Shown: piece by piece, positions 28,098 to 37,366 of the stretch
Position numbering within the stretch: position 1 is the first letter of the stretch
How the letters are laid out: every line of letters begins with the position of its first letter
Assembly (NCBI GenBank): GCA_964561855.1
Contig: CAZLQP010000004.1
Location: forward strand, 1,341-65,340
Length of the DNA: 64,000 nucleotides
Direction: 5' to 3'
DNA from: an uncultured Burkholderiales bacterium
GTDB taxonomy: Bacteria; Actinomycetota; Acidimicrobiia; IMCC26256; JAGPDB01
The notes under the pieces: generated by a model
The model's input: only the letters and a program-made list of their open reading frames with translations
Database searches by the model: none
What the model was told of the DNA's origin: nothing
Translations under genes and position numbers: made by a program

Positions 28098-30734
28098 TTA
28101 TATGGAAACTACCTTGGTTCCAGGCAGTTCAGCCAAGATATCACGGGTTTTTTCATGGCAAGTAAAGTAAAAAATCTGACGATCGAAAGAGATATCTCTA
28201 ATTAAACTCGCAATGGCTGAAAATCTTTCGATATCAAAATTCACTCCAATGTCATCGAGCAGTACTGGAACATGCTGTCCTTTAACTGACGTCTGCATAA
28301 GTGCAAATCTCAATGCCAAATAGAGTTGCTCTTGTGCTCCACGAGATAATTGTGTCGCCAAGATCGAATGGCCGTTACTAGAATTCGAAACCTGTATCTG
28401 ACCTAGCGGGCCTCGCTTTGATTGTTCAGAATAAACAATGCTTACTTGGTCCCATGCTCCAATCGTTGCTTGTCTTAACATCCATGAAGCAGTTCGCAAT
28501 ACAGAAGGCTGATTTTCTCTTTGGCATTTTTCGAAAGCGATTTCAGCTAATTCTGCAGCCTTATAGCGAATTAGATATTCATTGCTCTCGCTTCGTAAGT
28601 CTTCTATTAATTCATTCTTGTGTTGTATCGCTTCGATAAGTTCAGTTGATTGACTAGCTAAATCTATTTGATGTCTTAGCGAACCGATCTGTTGGTTGAT
28701 ATCATCTCGTTGAGATACAAGGCTGGTTTTTTGTTCCAATAGCGATTCAATTTCAGCTTCCAAAGTTTCAGGGGAAGTAGAAGTGAATATTTCTTTTGCT
28801 TTATCAACACTAGAGAATTTTTCGGTCAGACTCTCTTCTAAGTCTTCTATTTTTTGTTGTCTTTTCTTCTCTAACTCTTCATTTGATCTAAAAATATTTG
28901 ATGCTTCCAATAAAGATCCGAGCCAAGTAGTTGCCGTTGCAAGGGTTTCTAGCTCAATATCTATTTGCGCATCACTGTTTTTTGCATACTCGATTAGAGA
29001 ATTTGTTCTTTTGAGAAGTGAATTAATTGTTTCATCATCTCTTTCGAACTTACTTTTTAGTTCGTTAATGCGATGTATCCGAGCTTTATATTCGGTAAAA
29101 GCTCCAAGGTAGATATCTATCAAATTTGGATCAAAATATTGTTTAAAGCCGGCTCTATCTAAAGAATCTACATAGTCAGTTTTCTTTGACTCAAGGTCTT
29201 TTTCTATTTTGCTTTGGGTTTCGAGTAGATCACTTATTATTGATTCAAAGTGTTCTATACGGGACTGATTTTCTCGTAAACGGTTTTTTAGCGGCTTGAT
29301 TTCGAGAGTTTTATCGGGAATTAGCAGTGGAGTCTCAACCGTTTTTTGTTTCGTAAAAAACAACGGAAACAAACCAATGAAAGCAACTACTAAACCTAAA
29401 CCTGCGACTATAACATTCGATATTGAAATACCAACACCTAGTGCAATTCCACCACCAATAATCCCGATGGCGGATAGTAGTTTTGTGAAAGAAACTTTCT
29501 TCCTTGGATTGGAAGCTAAAAAGTCTTCATTAGGACTTTCGATCGGTATTTGCGGTTGAACTTGATCTAGCTCATCAATCTCTTCTTGTATATTTTCTGA
29601 AAGTTCTGTTACGTACGAAAGCTCTTTTGTGTTCTCTCTTATTTTTTCTTGAGTAGTTAAAAGCGACTGAGTAAGTTCTTGCAATGACTTCTCATACCTT
29701 TTTACGCTACTAATAAAATCAGGTGTCCCGGCGTATTCTTCTAGCTCGTCAGGATCTAAAGTCTGGATCAAAAGTTTTCTTTGTTCTTCATGTTCATCGT
29801 TCAAATTAGAAAGTTGACTTTGCAGAAGTTCTCTTTCATGTTCTTTTGATAATGAACTCTTTACTTCCTCTAAGAGTATTTCGATCTCTGTATACTTCTT
29901 AGCTAATTCAGGATTAAGGTTTTGAGGCTCAACTGTTACTGCTTCTTGATAAGCAGTGAATCTTTCAAACCATTGGATAAGATCCTTCTTTTCTTTAAGA
30001 TAGGTATCTATTTCGTTGATCTCTAGAGCAAATTCATTACTTTGTTCTGTAAGCAGCTTTAATTCTTGTTCTAGATGTGGAAACTCATTTTCCAGTCTTT
30101 TTAGACGACTTATTTCCTTATTTATTTCTTGTAACTGTCTTAAAGTTTTGTTGATGTTTTTATTTCGAGTATTGCCCGACTGAGAAAAAAGATCGTCTCT
30201 TTGATTTTTTAATGCAGATACCAAAGAAGAAAGCGAAACTCCCGATCCTGTTTGCGATGCGTTTAGAAATATCTCAGCAAGTTCATCTTCATTTAAAAGT
30301 TTGTTAGATCTATTGAAACTAAGTTCGTCTAGCGATAGTGAGAAAATATCTTTGTAGTGACTTCTCGACATATTATCGGTAAGAGCAGTTGCAATGTCCG
30401 ACAAAGAAAAGTCCGGATTCTCAATTTTCACTTCAGATAGAGTCGAGTCCCTGCTTAGATGAATAGAAACATTTTTGTTTGATATTTCTGCTGTAATTCG
30501 TCCTGAGATGCCAGGGATAAGATGGTTAAATGCATTTTTTCGCGCTAAGGGCTTTAAGTCTTCGTGTTCTGATTCGTAAACGAACATCGCCCATTCAATA
30601 AAATCACGAATTCTGCTTTTTCCTGCTTCATTAGGGCCATAGATTACGTTCAATCCCGCGCTGAGATCACTGCAGTTCAGTGGGGAAAGTGAAGGAAAAC
30701 TGATTGATAATGAACTTATATATGGATGGTTCAT
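28098..30734 (-). CDS. SMC/Rad50-like AAA ATPase with long coiled coils and a central double-TM hairpin (YhaN-like)
   Basis: Walker A GPNEAGKS near the N-terminus; signature-like LSRGAQEQLYLAL and Walker B VPVLLDD near the C-terminus. The heptad-rich middle is interrupted by LLSAIGIIGGGIALGVGISISNVIVAGLGLVVAFIGLFPLFF. 4-bp overlap with the upstream nuclease gene. Confidence 0.75.
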   Translation of the reverse strand: MNHPYISSLSISFPSLSPLNCSDLSAGLNVIYGPNEAGKSRIRDFIEWAMFVYESEHEDLKPLARKNAFNHLIPGISGRITAEISNKNVSIHLSRDSTLSEVKIENPDFSLSDIATALTDNMSRSHYKDIFSLSLDELSFNRSNKLLNEDELAEIFLNASQTGSGVSLSSLVSALKNQRDDLFSQSGNTRNKNINKTLRQLQEINKEISRLKRLENEFPHLEQELKLLTEQSNEFALEINEIDTYLKEKKDLIQWFERFTAYQEAVTVEPQNLNPELAKKYTEIEILLEEVKSSLSKEHERELLQSQLSNLNDEHEEQRKLLIQTLDPDELEEYAGTPDFISSVKRYEKSLQELTQSLLTTQEKIRENTKELSYVTELSENIQEEIDELDQVQPQIPIESPNEDFLASNPRKKVSFTKLLSAIGIIGGGIALGVGISISNVIVAGLGLVVAFIGLFPLFFTKQKTVETPLLIPDKTLEIKPLKNRLRENQSRIEHFESIISDLLETQSKIEKDLESKKTDYVDSLDRAGFKQYFDPNLIDIYLGAFTEYKARIHRINELKSKFERDDETINSLLKRTNSLIEYAKNSDAQIDIELETLATATTWLGSLLEASNIFRSNEELEKKRQQKIEDLEESLTEKFSSVDKAKEIFTSTSPETLEAEIESLLEQKTSLVSQRDDINQQIGSLRHQIDLASQSTELIEAIQHKNELIEDLRSESNEYLIRYKAAELAEIAFEKCQRENQPSVLRTASWMLRQATIGAWDQVSIVYSEQSKRGPLGQIQVSNSSNGHSILATQLSRGAQEQLYLALRFALMQTSVKGQHVPVLLDDIGVNFDIERFSAIASLIRDISFDRQIFYFTCHEKTRDILAELPGTKVVSI

Positions 30735-32038
30735 TTTTTACTCTTCAATTTGGTGTGAGTTGCAAGTACGTATTGAACAATATCTTCTTTGTCAATATTT
30801 TTGTTTAGATCGTCTCCCAACGACAAAGTAATATTTGTTGCTTTAGAACCATAAACAGTTTCGTAGTCAATTTCAGAGGTATCGGCAATCAATTGATCGA
30901 ACTCTGCAAAAAATGGGTCGGTATCGACTAGCTCATCCCATTTGTTATCCGTTATTTCAACCTTTAGTCGAGTAATGATCGTTCGGTTACGAGAATCATT
31001 AATAGCTAATCTAAGGGCATCTATATCTAAATTAGATATCTCCATGTCTAGCTGAATGTTTACTCTTGATAGATAAAGAACATTCTCGTTATTTATATCG
31101 TTAAGAGTTTCATTTATTTCGTTGATCAGCTCTTCTGTACTATCAATATTTTCAAAGCTAAATGAATGCTCAGTGAATCTGACCGTGTCACATGACAAAA
31201 ACTTTGTAATTACTTCTGATCCTGCATCATTTATTGTTATAAGTACACAGCCTTTGGGTTCTTGTTCTGCTGGCTTTGCGCTCAACCCTTGAGCATTTCC
31301 ACTGTAGGCAACCATTGGGTGCATACTCAAAATCTCTCGTTTATGAATATGTCCTAAGCCAAAATAGTCGTAACCGAAAGATGTCAATTTTTCTAAACTG
31401 CTTGGAGCATAATTAGAGTGATTCGAATTCGAGCCAACATTTGTATGAAGCACTCCTATATTTATTGAGCCAGAAACTTTTTGTGGAAATAGCGAAGCGA
31501 GGTCTCTGCTTTCATCAGAACTCTTATAGCTAACTCCATGAAATGCAACCTTGTGTTCACCGAATACTTTCGATATTGTCTCGGGAGCAGAAGAACTAAA
31601 CACATGTGTGTTTTTTGGCCAAGAGACTCTTAACTCATTTATTGAATCGAGCGGGTCATGGTTGCCCAGTGCGATCAATACTTCGATAGCGTTTTCATCA
31701 AGCTTTTCCAGAAAGTTTGCGAATCTACTTCGAGCTCGCAAATTTGTAGTGGTGTTCTCCTTTTTGTCAAAAATGTCTCCAGCGATTATCACTGCATCTA
31801 CTTTGTTTTCAATAGCATGCTGAGAGATAGATTCAAGTGTATTTAGCGGCGCATCACGCATTTTTTGGATTTCAACACTAGATAGTTCATCGTGATCGCT
31901 CGCTCTATGAGCATTTCGAAGCACAGCATCTAGGTGAAGATCTGCACAATGTATGAATTTGAAAACCACAAATATAAGAGTATCAGCGATATGTGACAAA
32001 AAACACTTTGAGATATTAGTATCATGAATAATTAACAT
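30731..32038 (-). CDS. Metallophosphoesterase, SbcD/Mre11-like DNA repair exonuclease (YhaO-like)
   Basis: FIHCADLHLD, IIAGDIFD, ALGNHD, GLGHIH motifs. The true start is probably the GTG at 31969 (VVFKFIHCADLH) rather than 32038, which would abut the divergent ferredoxin gene. Confidence 0.8.
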   Translation of the reverse strand: MLIIHDTNISKCFLSHIADTLIFVVFKFIHCADLHLDAVLRNAHRASDHDELSSVEIQKMRDAPLNTLESISQHAIENKVDAVIIAGDIFDKKENTTTNLRARSRFANFLEKLDENAIEVLIALGNHDPLDSINELRVSWPKNTHVFSSSAPETISKVFGEHKVAFHGVSYKSSDESRDLASLFPQKVSGSINIGVLHTNVGSNSNHSNYAPSSLEKLTSFGYDYFGLGHIHKREILSMHPMVAYSGNAQGLSAKPAEQEPKGCVLITINDAGSEVITKFLSCDTVRFTEHSFSFENIDSTEELINEINETLNDINNENVLYLSRVNIQLDMEISNLDIDALRLAINDSRNRTIITRLKVEITDNKWDELVDTDPFFAEFDQLIADTSEIDYETVYGSKATNITLSLGDDLNKNIDKEDIVQYVLATHTKLKSKK

Positions 32039-32378
32039 GGCTTTAGGGGGAACTATGGCTACACCGGCACAAGCAAATGGAGAGGGAACAAAAGAAGCAC
32101 TAGCAAATGTGCGTCGAGTATGGATAGATCAAGATCTCTGTACAGGAGATGGATTATGCACAGAAATTGCTCCACCAATGTTTGAAATGGGATCTGACGG
32201 CGTTGCTTATGTTAATGAGGACGGGGTGATGTTGGATTCTCCAGGCGGATCTGAACAATTAGCAAATATTCCAGAATCATTAAGATCTGATGTGGTAGAT
32301 GCTGCACTTGAGTGTCCAGGTGAATGCATTTTCATCGAAGATGGACAAGGTAACCAACTTGACCTCGGAGGCTTTTAA
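32037..32378 (+). CDS. Small single-cluster ferredoxin (Cys-x2-Asp-x2-Cys...Cys-Pro type)
   Basis: IDQDLCTGDGLCTEIAPPMFE...AALECPGECIFIE. The start may be 32055 (MATPAQ). Confidence 0.7.
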   Translation: MALGGTMATPAQANGEGTKEALANVRRVWIDQDLCTGDGLCTEIAPPMFEMGSDGVAYVNEDGVMLDSPGGSEQLANIPESLRSDVVDAALECPGECIFIEDGQGNQLDLGGF

Positions 32379-32461
32379 CAATCAATGTTAAATGCACGTT
32401 TTGTGTGTATTTGTGATGGATTCAACAACCAGATCTTATTTTCAGACTAACCTGATATGTA

Positions 32462-33565
32462 GTGAGTCCTCAGCCGATTATTGAAATTAAAAACGTAACT
32501 AAAGAATTCGACGACTTAGTTGTGGTCAATAGTGCGAATTTTGATATCAAAGAAGGTGAGTTCTTCTCGCTTCTGGGCCCTTCAGGATGTGGTAAGACTA
32601 CTACTTTAAGAATGATTGCCGGCTTTGATCGGCCTAGCGAAGGTCAAATAAAACTCGCAGGTGAAGATGTCTCAAACACTCCTCCATATAAGCGAGATGT
32701 GAATACAGTCTTTCAACAATATGCACTGTTCCCGCATATGTCTTTATTAAAAAATGTCATGTTTGGTTTGACGATGAAGGGTGTTAAAAAATCTGAAGCA
32801 AGAACTCGCTCAATGGAGATGCTAGAAATCGTCCAGCTTGCCGATTACGCAGATCGAAAACCGCAACAACTTTCGGGTGGTCAGCAACAGCGTGTTGCGT
32901 TAGCTCGAGCATTGGTAAATAAACCAAAAGCTCTTTTGTTAGATGAACCACTTTCCGCTTTAGATCTAAAGTTACGCCAAGCTATGCAGTTAGAGCTAAA
33001 GCGTATTCAGCGTGAAGTTGGAATTACATTTATTTTCGTAACGCACGATCAAACCGAAGCATTAACTATGAGCGATCGAATTGCTGTGATGAGTAAAGGA
33101 AATGTCGAACAGATTGGTACTCCTGAAGAAATTTATAATGTTCCTGCAACCAAATTCGTCGCGGGTTTTATTGGTGATGCGAACTTAATCCAGGCAGAAG
33201 TCCAAAGTGTTGACGAAGAGGGCTTAGATCTTAGAGTCGGTGCAGATGTAATCCGTTCAGAATCTTTAGCAGGAACTTTCGAACCAGGAGATCGAGTAGT
33301 TGCCATGATTAGGCCTGAACGTATTATTTTAAAACCTGAAAATGATCCAGCAAAACCGACTGAGAATTACATTACCTGTGAAGTTTTATCACATTCTTTC
33401 CAAGGAGCAGAATCTCGATATTCACTTATGACAAAATCAGGACAAGAAATGTTTGCCTACATTGACTGGACTGACGAATTACCAAATCAAGAAACAGGAG
33501 CAACAGTTAGATTAACTTGCGACCGCAAGGTCGTTCGAACATTCTCAACCAAGGGGGAAAAATGA
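32462..33565 (+). CDS. potA: Spermidine/putrescine ABC transporter ATP-binding protein
   Basis: Walker A GPSGCGKTT, LSGGQQQR, LLLDEPLSALD, HDQTEAL, C-terminal TOBE-like domain, GTG start. Confidence 0.88.
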   Translation: MSPQPIIEIKNVTKEFDDLVVVNSANFDIKEGEFFSLLGPSGCGKTTTLRMIAGFDRPSEGQIKLAGEDVSNTPPYKRDVNTVFQQYALFPHMSLLKNVMFGLTMKGVKKSEARTRSMEMLEIVQLADYADRKPQQLSGGQQQRVALARALVNKPKALLLDEPLSALDLKLRQAMQLELKRIQREVGITFIFVTHDQTEALTMSDRIAVMSKGNVEQIGTPEEIYNVPATKFVAGFIGDANLIQAEVQSVDEEGLDLRVGADVIRSESLAGTFEPGDRVVAMIRPERIILKPENDPAKPTENYITCEVLSHSFQGAESRYSLMTKSGQEMFAYIDWTDELPNQETGATVRLTCDRKVVRTFSTKGEK

Positions 33566-34710
33566 AAAAAGAAAATCCAACCAACAGTGGATCGTATCGC
33601 GTAAATAGGCGAAACTTTTTGAAAAGTATAGGTGTCTTGGGAGGTGCAGTAGCAGTATCACCTGCGCTTTTGGCAGCGTGTTCTTCGGATGATTCTTCAT
33701 CCGCGAATTCAGTTCACATTTCTAACTGGACTGCATATATTGCTGATGCACTTAAATCAGATTTCGAAAGAGAAACCGGAATTAGTCTTACTTATACTGA
33801 AGACATCAGTGACAATATAGAATACTTTGCAAAAATTCAACCTGTATTGAGTAGAAATAATTCAATTGATCGTGATGGAATTGTGCTCACTGACTGGATG
33901 TGTAGTCGTTTAATTAACCAACTCGAATGGACTCAGCCACTAGACAAAGACGTATTTACTAACTTCTCAAATCTGCAACCTGCACTAGCTGATCCCGCAT
34001 TTGATCCAGGACGTGAACAGAGCGTTCCATGGGCAAGCGGTATTGCAGGTATTGCATACAACATTTCTTTGACTGGTGGAGAAATTAGAACTTATGAAGA
34101 GTTCTTGGCTGTTGAAGGCCGTACAACAGTTCTTACGGAAATGAGAGACACATTGGGTATCGTGATGATGGCCGATGGCGTGAACATTGAAACTGTTACT
34201 CGTGCTCAACTCGATGCAGGTTTTGATGCATTGCAAGAGGCTTTCGATTCTGGACAAATAAATGGTGCGAACGGAAACGAATATGTTACAGATCTAGAAG
34301 GCGGAAACATAGCTGCATGTTTCGCTTGGTCTGGAGATGTGGCACAGGCTTCTGTCGATAATCCTGATATTCGATTTGTTGTTCCTGAATCAGGCGGAAC
34401 GCTATGGTCAGATAACTTTATGATTCCGATTTCTTCAGATAAGCCAGATCTTGCTACAGAGTTTATAAATTACTTTTATGATCCAGCAGTATCTGCAAAA
34501 TGGGTCGAGTTTGTGCAATTTATTTCTCCTGTAGTTGGAGTTGAAGATGAGCTCACAAAGCTTGGTGGTGAAGCGGCTGCACTCGTGGACAACCCTCTTG
34601 TGGTTCCGACAGAAGAAATCCTAAGTAACCTTCAAATCTTTGGTCCTTTATCTGAAGAAGATGAAGAAGCATTTGATCAAAGAACTGCTGAAGTTCTTGG
34701 TGCTGGTTAA
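33562..34710 (+). CDS. potD: Polyamine ABC transporter substrate-binding lipoprotein (PotD/PotF family)
   Basis: ATG 33562 overlaps the potA stop (ATGA). RRNFLKSIGVLGGAVAVSPALLAAC gives a Tat-like motif plus lipobox. The size and W/Y/D-rich pocket pattern match PotD-like proteins. Confidence 0.8.
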   Translation: MKKENPTNSGSYRVNRRNFLKSIGVLGGAVAVSPALLAACSSDDSSSANSVHISNWTAYIADALKSDFERETGISLTYTEDISDNIEYFAKIQPVLSRNNSIDRDGIVLTDWMCSRLINQLEWTQPLDKDVFTNFSNLQPALADPAFDPGREQSVPWASGIAGIAYNISLTGGEIRTYEEFLAVEGRTTVLTEMRDTLGIVMMADGVNIETVTRAQLDAGFDALQEAFDSGQINGANGNEYVTDLEGGNIAACFAWSGDVAQASVDNPDIRFVVPESGGTLWSDNFMIPISSDKPDLATEFINYFYDPAVSAKWVEFVQFISPVVGVEDELTKLGGEAAALVDNPLVVPTEEILSNLQIFGPLSEEDEEAFDQRTAEVLGAG

Positions 34711-34724
34711 TCTAGGAACATTAA

Positions 34725-35606
34725 ATGAAATCTAAATCATCGGCAAGAAAGAAGCGCTTCGTTCCTGTTGCGCTTCTTTCGCCGGGGATGATTTGGTTAG
34801 GGCTTTTCTTTTTTGTACCCCTAACAATGCTTTTTATCGAGTCACTCTCATCTAAGGAATCTCGGTTTGCTCAAACTTCTTTTTCTTGGGAATGGGCTAA
34901 TTATTCTCAAGCTTTTACTCAATTTGGTGAACAGTTTCAGCGTTCGTTCGTCTATGCAGGTATTGCTACTGTTGTTGCTCTATTGTTGGCCTTTCCGCTT
35001 GCCTATGTAATCGCTTTTAGAGGAGGCAGATGGAAAAACTTTTGGATGGCGTTGGTGATGGTTCCATTTTTTACAAATTTTCTTATAAGAACTTTGGCAT
35101 GGAAAACGCTGCTTGGTGCTAATGGCCCGATTGGTTTTATATTCAATCGTGAGATTGATTTGTTTTTATTCACTATTGAAACTCCCAATCAGTTTTTATT
35201 CACGCCAGCGGCAGTGATTGGTGGTTTGGTATATAACTTTTTGCCATTTATGGTATTGCCAATTTACGTGGCTTTAGAAAAAATAGATCCTGGTTTGATC
35301 GATGCAGCGCGTGATTTATATGCAAATACTTTTACTGCATTTCGAAAAGTAATTGTCCCCTTGGCAATGCCTGGTATTTTTGCCGGAAGTTTATTGGTTT
35401 TCATTCCAGCTGCAGGAGATTTTGTAAATGCAGAATATCTCGGTGGAATTCAAACAAAGATGATTGGAAATGTGGTTCAAGAACAGTTCTTGGGTCTGAA
35501 TAACTATCCAGTGGCTGCTGCATTGTCATTTGTTTTCATGTTGATTGTGCTGGTTCTCTTTTCGATATACAGTGCAATATTTGATGCAGAAGATTTAGCG
35601 GGTTAA
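34725..35606 (+). CDS. potB: Polyamine ABC transporter permease
   Basis: 6 TM; EAA-type loop IDAARDLYANTFTAFRKVIVPLAMPG. Confidence 0.85.
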   Translation: MKSKSSARKKRFVPVALLSPGMIWLGLFFFVPLTMLFIESLSSKESRFAQTSFSWEWANYSQAFTQFGEQFQRSFVYAGIATVVALLLAFPLAYVIAFRGGRWKNFWMALVMVPFFTNFLIRTLAWKTLLGANGPIGFIFNREIDLFLFTIETPNQFLFTPAAVIGGLVYNFLPFMVLPIYVALEKIDPGLIDAARDLYANTFTAFRKVIVPLAMPGIFAGSLLVFIPAAGDFVNAEYLGGIQTKMIGNVVQEQFLGLNNYPVAAALSFVFMLIVLVLFSIYSAIFDAEDLAG

Positions 35607-35608
35607 TT

Positions 35609-36496
35609 ATGGCGAAGAACGAAACTTATGTATCATCAAAATCAGGAAGAGTAGGCAAATGGTTTATAAATGTCTGGGCAACATTGACTATGTTTTATTT
35701 GTTTTTGCCAATTTTTGTGATCGTAGTTTTTAGTTTTAATGACCCCGTTTCTAAGAATAACTTCACATGGTCTGGTGTGACTCTGAAACATTGGAGAAAA
35801 ACTATTTTTGGTGGTGAACCAGACCGATACTTTTTCCCTGAATTAAATGAAGCTCTAATTCGCAGCATCTACATTGGTGCAATAACTGCGATTGTCGCAA
35901 CTGCGTTAGGGACCTTGATGGCTTTAGCTTTAACGCGTTATAAGCCAAAAAGATCTGGCGCATTATCGACGTTGTTGGTTTTGCCGCTGACAACTCCAGA
36001 GATAGTTTTAGGTGCTTCACTATTTACTTTGTTTCTTGATTTCTCGTTGAATTTGGGTGCGAGTCAATTTACAATTCCTTTTGGTCCTATTGCAATTGTT
36101 TTAGCTCATGTAATGTTCTGTATGAGCTATGTGACGTTGACAATCAAAGCTCGTATGCGCGGTTTTCCTTGGATGCTTGAAGATGCTGCACAAGATTTAG
36201 GTGCGACTCCAAGAAAAGCATTTTGGAAAGTAACTTTGCCTTTAATTTTGCCAGGTGTATTTGCGGCCGCTTTATTGTCGTTTGCGCTTTCATTTGATGA
36301 TTTCATTATCACTTTGTTTACTAATGGAGACTTTGAGACATTTCCGGTGCGGGTATATAATCAATCTCGAACTTCGGTTCCTCCGCAAGTGAATATTCTC
36401 TCGACAATATTATTGGTTGTGACTACGGTATTATTCATCGTTCCAACGTTGATTTCTATAAGAAAAAGCAAAAAAGCTGGTATTTTGGCGAAATAA
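35609..36496 (+). CDS. potC: Polyamine ABC transporter permease
   Basis: 6 TM; EAA-type loop LEDAAQDLGATPRKAFWKVTLPLILPG. Confidence 0.85.
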   Translation: MAKNETYVSSKSGRVGKWFINVWATLTMFYLFLPIFVIVVFSFNDPVSKNNFTWSGVTLKHWRKTIFGGEPDRYFFPELNEALIRSIYIGAITAIVATALGTLMALALTRYKPKRSGALSTLLVLPLTTPEIVLGASLFTLFLDFSLNLGASQFTIPFGPIAIVLAHVMFCMSYVTLTIKARMRGFPWMLEDAAQDLGATPRKAFWKVTLPLILPGVFAAALLSFALSFDDFIITLFTNGDFETFPVRVYNQSRTSVPPQVNILSTILLVVTTVLFIVPTLISIRKSKKAGILAK

Positions 36497-36535
36497 TCCT
36501 CTTGAGTAGGTCATTTTTATGGCCGATTAAATGGT

Positions 36536-37285
36536 ATGAAACCTAGGATTTTGGTTACTTCGCGTCCAAGTGACAATGCAGCGCCGATTGGCGAGTCTCC
36601 ATATCGAGAATATGTTTACCAAAGCTATGTAAATGCTTTGCGACATCAAGGTGCGATTGTGACGATTGCTCCGATTACAGAACCTGGTGATGTATCTGTG
36701 TTGTTATCAGCTGTTGATGGACTTGTTGTTACAGGTGGGCGAGACTTTAACCCTCAGTGTTATGGGCAAGATAAGATCGATGAAACGAGCGAACCTCATG
36801 ACGATTTGGATCGCAGTGATCTAGCTTTTTTAAAACATGCTAAAAAAATGAAACTTCCTACTTTAGGAGTTTGTCGGGGAATGCAAGGATTGAATATTGC
36901 CTGTGGTGGTACTTTGGAACAACACATCGCCGGTAAACGTGCACATCATCCGGTTGAGCCAGAAACTTTTGCAGAAAAAGTTGCATATCGACATATGGTG
37001 ACTCTTGATGCAACTTCGTGGTTAGCAAATACTTATATGACGAATAGGGTTGAGACAAACTCGATTCACCATCAGTGTGTAGATAAGTTAGGCGATGGTC
37101 TAAGTATTGTTGGTCGTGCTGACGATGGGACAGTTGAAGCGATTGAATCTACAACGGATTGGTTTGCAATCGGTACGCAGTGGCATCCCGAATTAATGGA
37201 TAATGCAGAGCTGCTCTTTGGAAGATTTGTAGAGGACGTATACAAACACCGCTCCCTCAACGATCGCCGCGACCTCGCCTCTTAA
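36536..37285 (+). CDS. puuD: Class-I glutamine amidotransferase, gamma-glutamyl-GABA hydrolase (PuuD / peptidase C26)-like
   Basis: GLVVTGGRD, nucleophile elbow LGVCRGMQ, and GTQWHPE histidine motif. Its own TAA stop abuts the REPIN at 37286. Confidence 0.75.
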   Translation: MKPRILVTSRPSDNAAPIGESPYREYVYQSYVNALRHQGAIVTIAPITEPGDVSVLLSAVDGLVVTGGRDFNPQCYGQDKIDETSEPHDDLDRSDLAFLKHAKKMKLPTLGVCRGMQGLNIACGGTLEQHIAGKRAHHPVEPETFAEKVAYRHMVTLDATSWLANTYMTNRVETNSIHHQCVDKLGDGLSIVGRADDGTVEAIESTTDWFAIGTQWHPELMDNAELLFGRFVEDVYKHRSLNDRRDLAS

Positions 37286-37357
37286 CCGGAGGACTGACCC
37301 TCCAAAAGGGACGAATCGCCTGAGCGATTAGTCCCTTTTGGAGGGTCAGTCCTCCGG
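37286..37357. repeat. REPIN (inverted REP doublet), family A
   Basis: CCGGAGGACTGACCCTCCAAAAGGGACGAATCGC-CTGA-GCGATTAGTCCCTTTTGGAGGGTCAGTCCTCCGG. 72 bp, with one mismatch in a stem of about 34 bp. Confidence 0.9.
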
Positions 37358-37366
37358 TAGGATGTA

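Noticed and set aside
28098-32038. Anti-phage defence system (Lamassu/Wadjet/Gabija-like) call for the nuclease-ATPase pair
   Set aside because: The two-gene architecture and motifs match the conserved SbcCD/YhaO-YhaN-type repair pair. The flanking genes are metabolic, and no additional defence-associated effector or sensor genes are present. It is kept only as a moderate-interest oddity because of the TM hairpin.
37286-37357. CRISPR array interpretation of the recurring palindromes
   Set aside because: The copies are dispersed over tens of kb and occur as inverted doublets or singlets. There is no regular repeat-spacer periodicity and there are no cas genes. They fit REP/REPIN elements instead.
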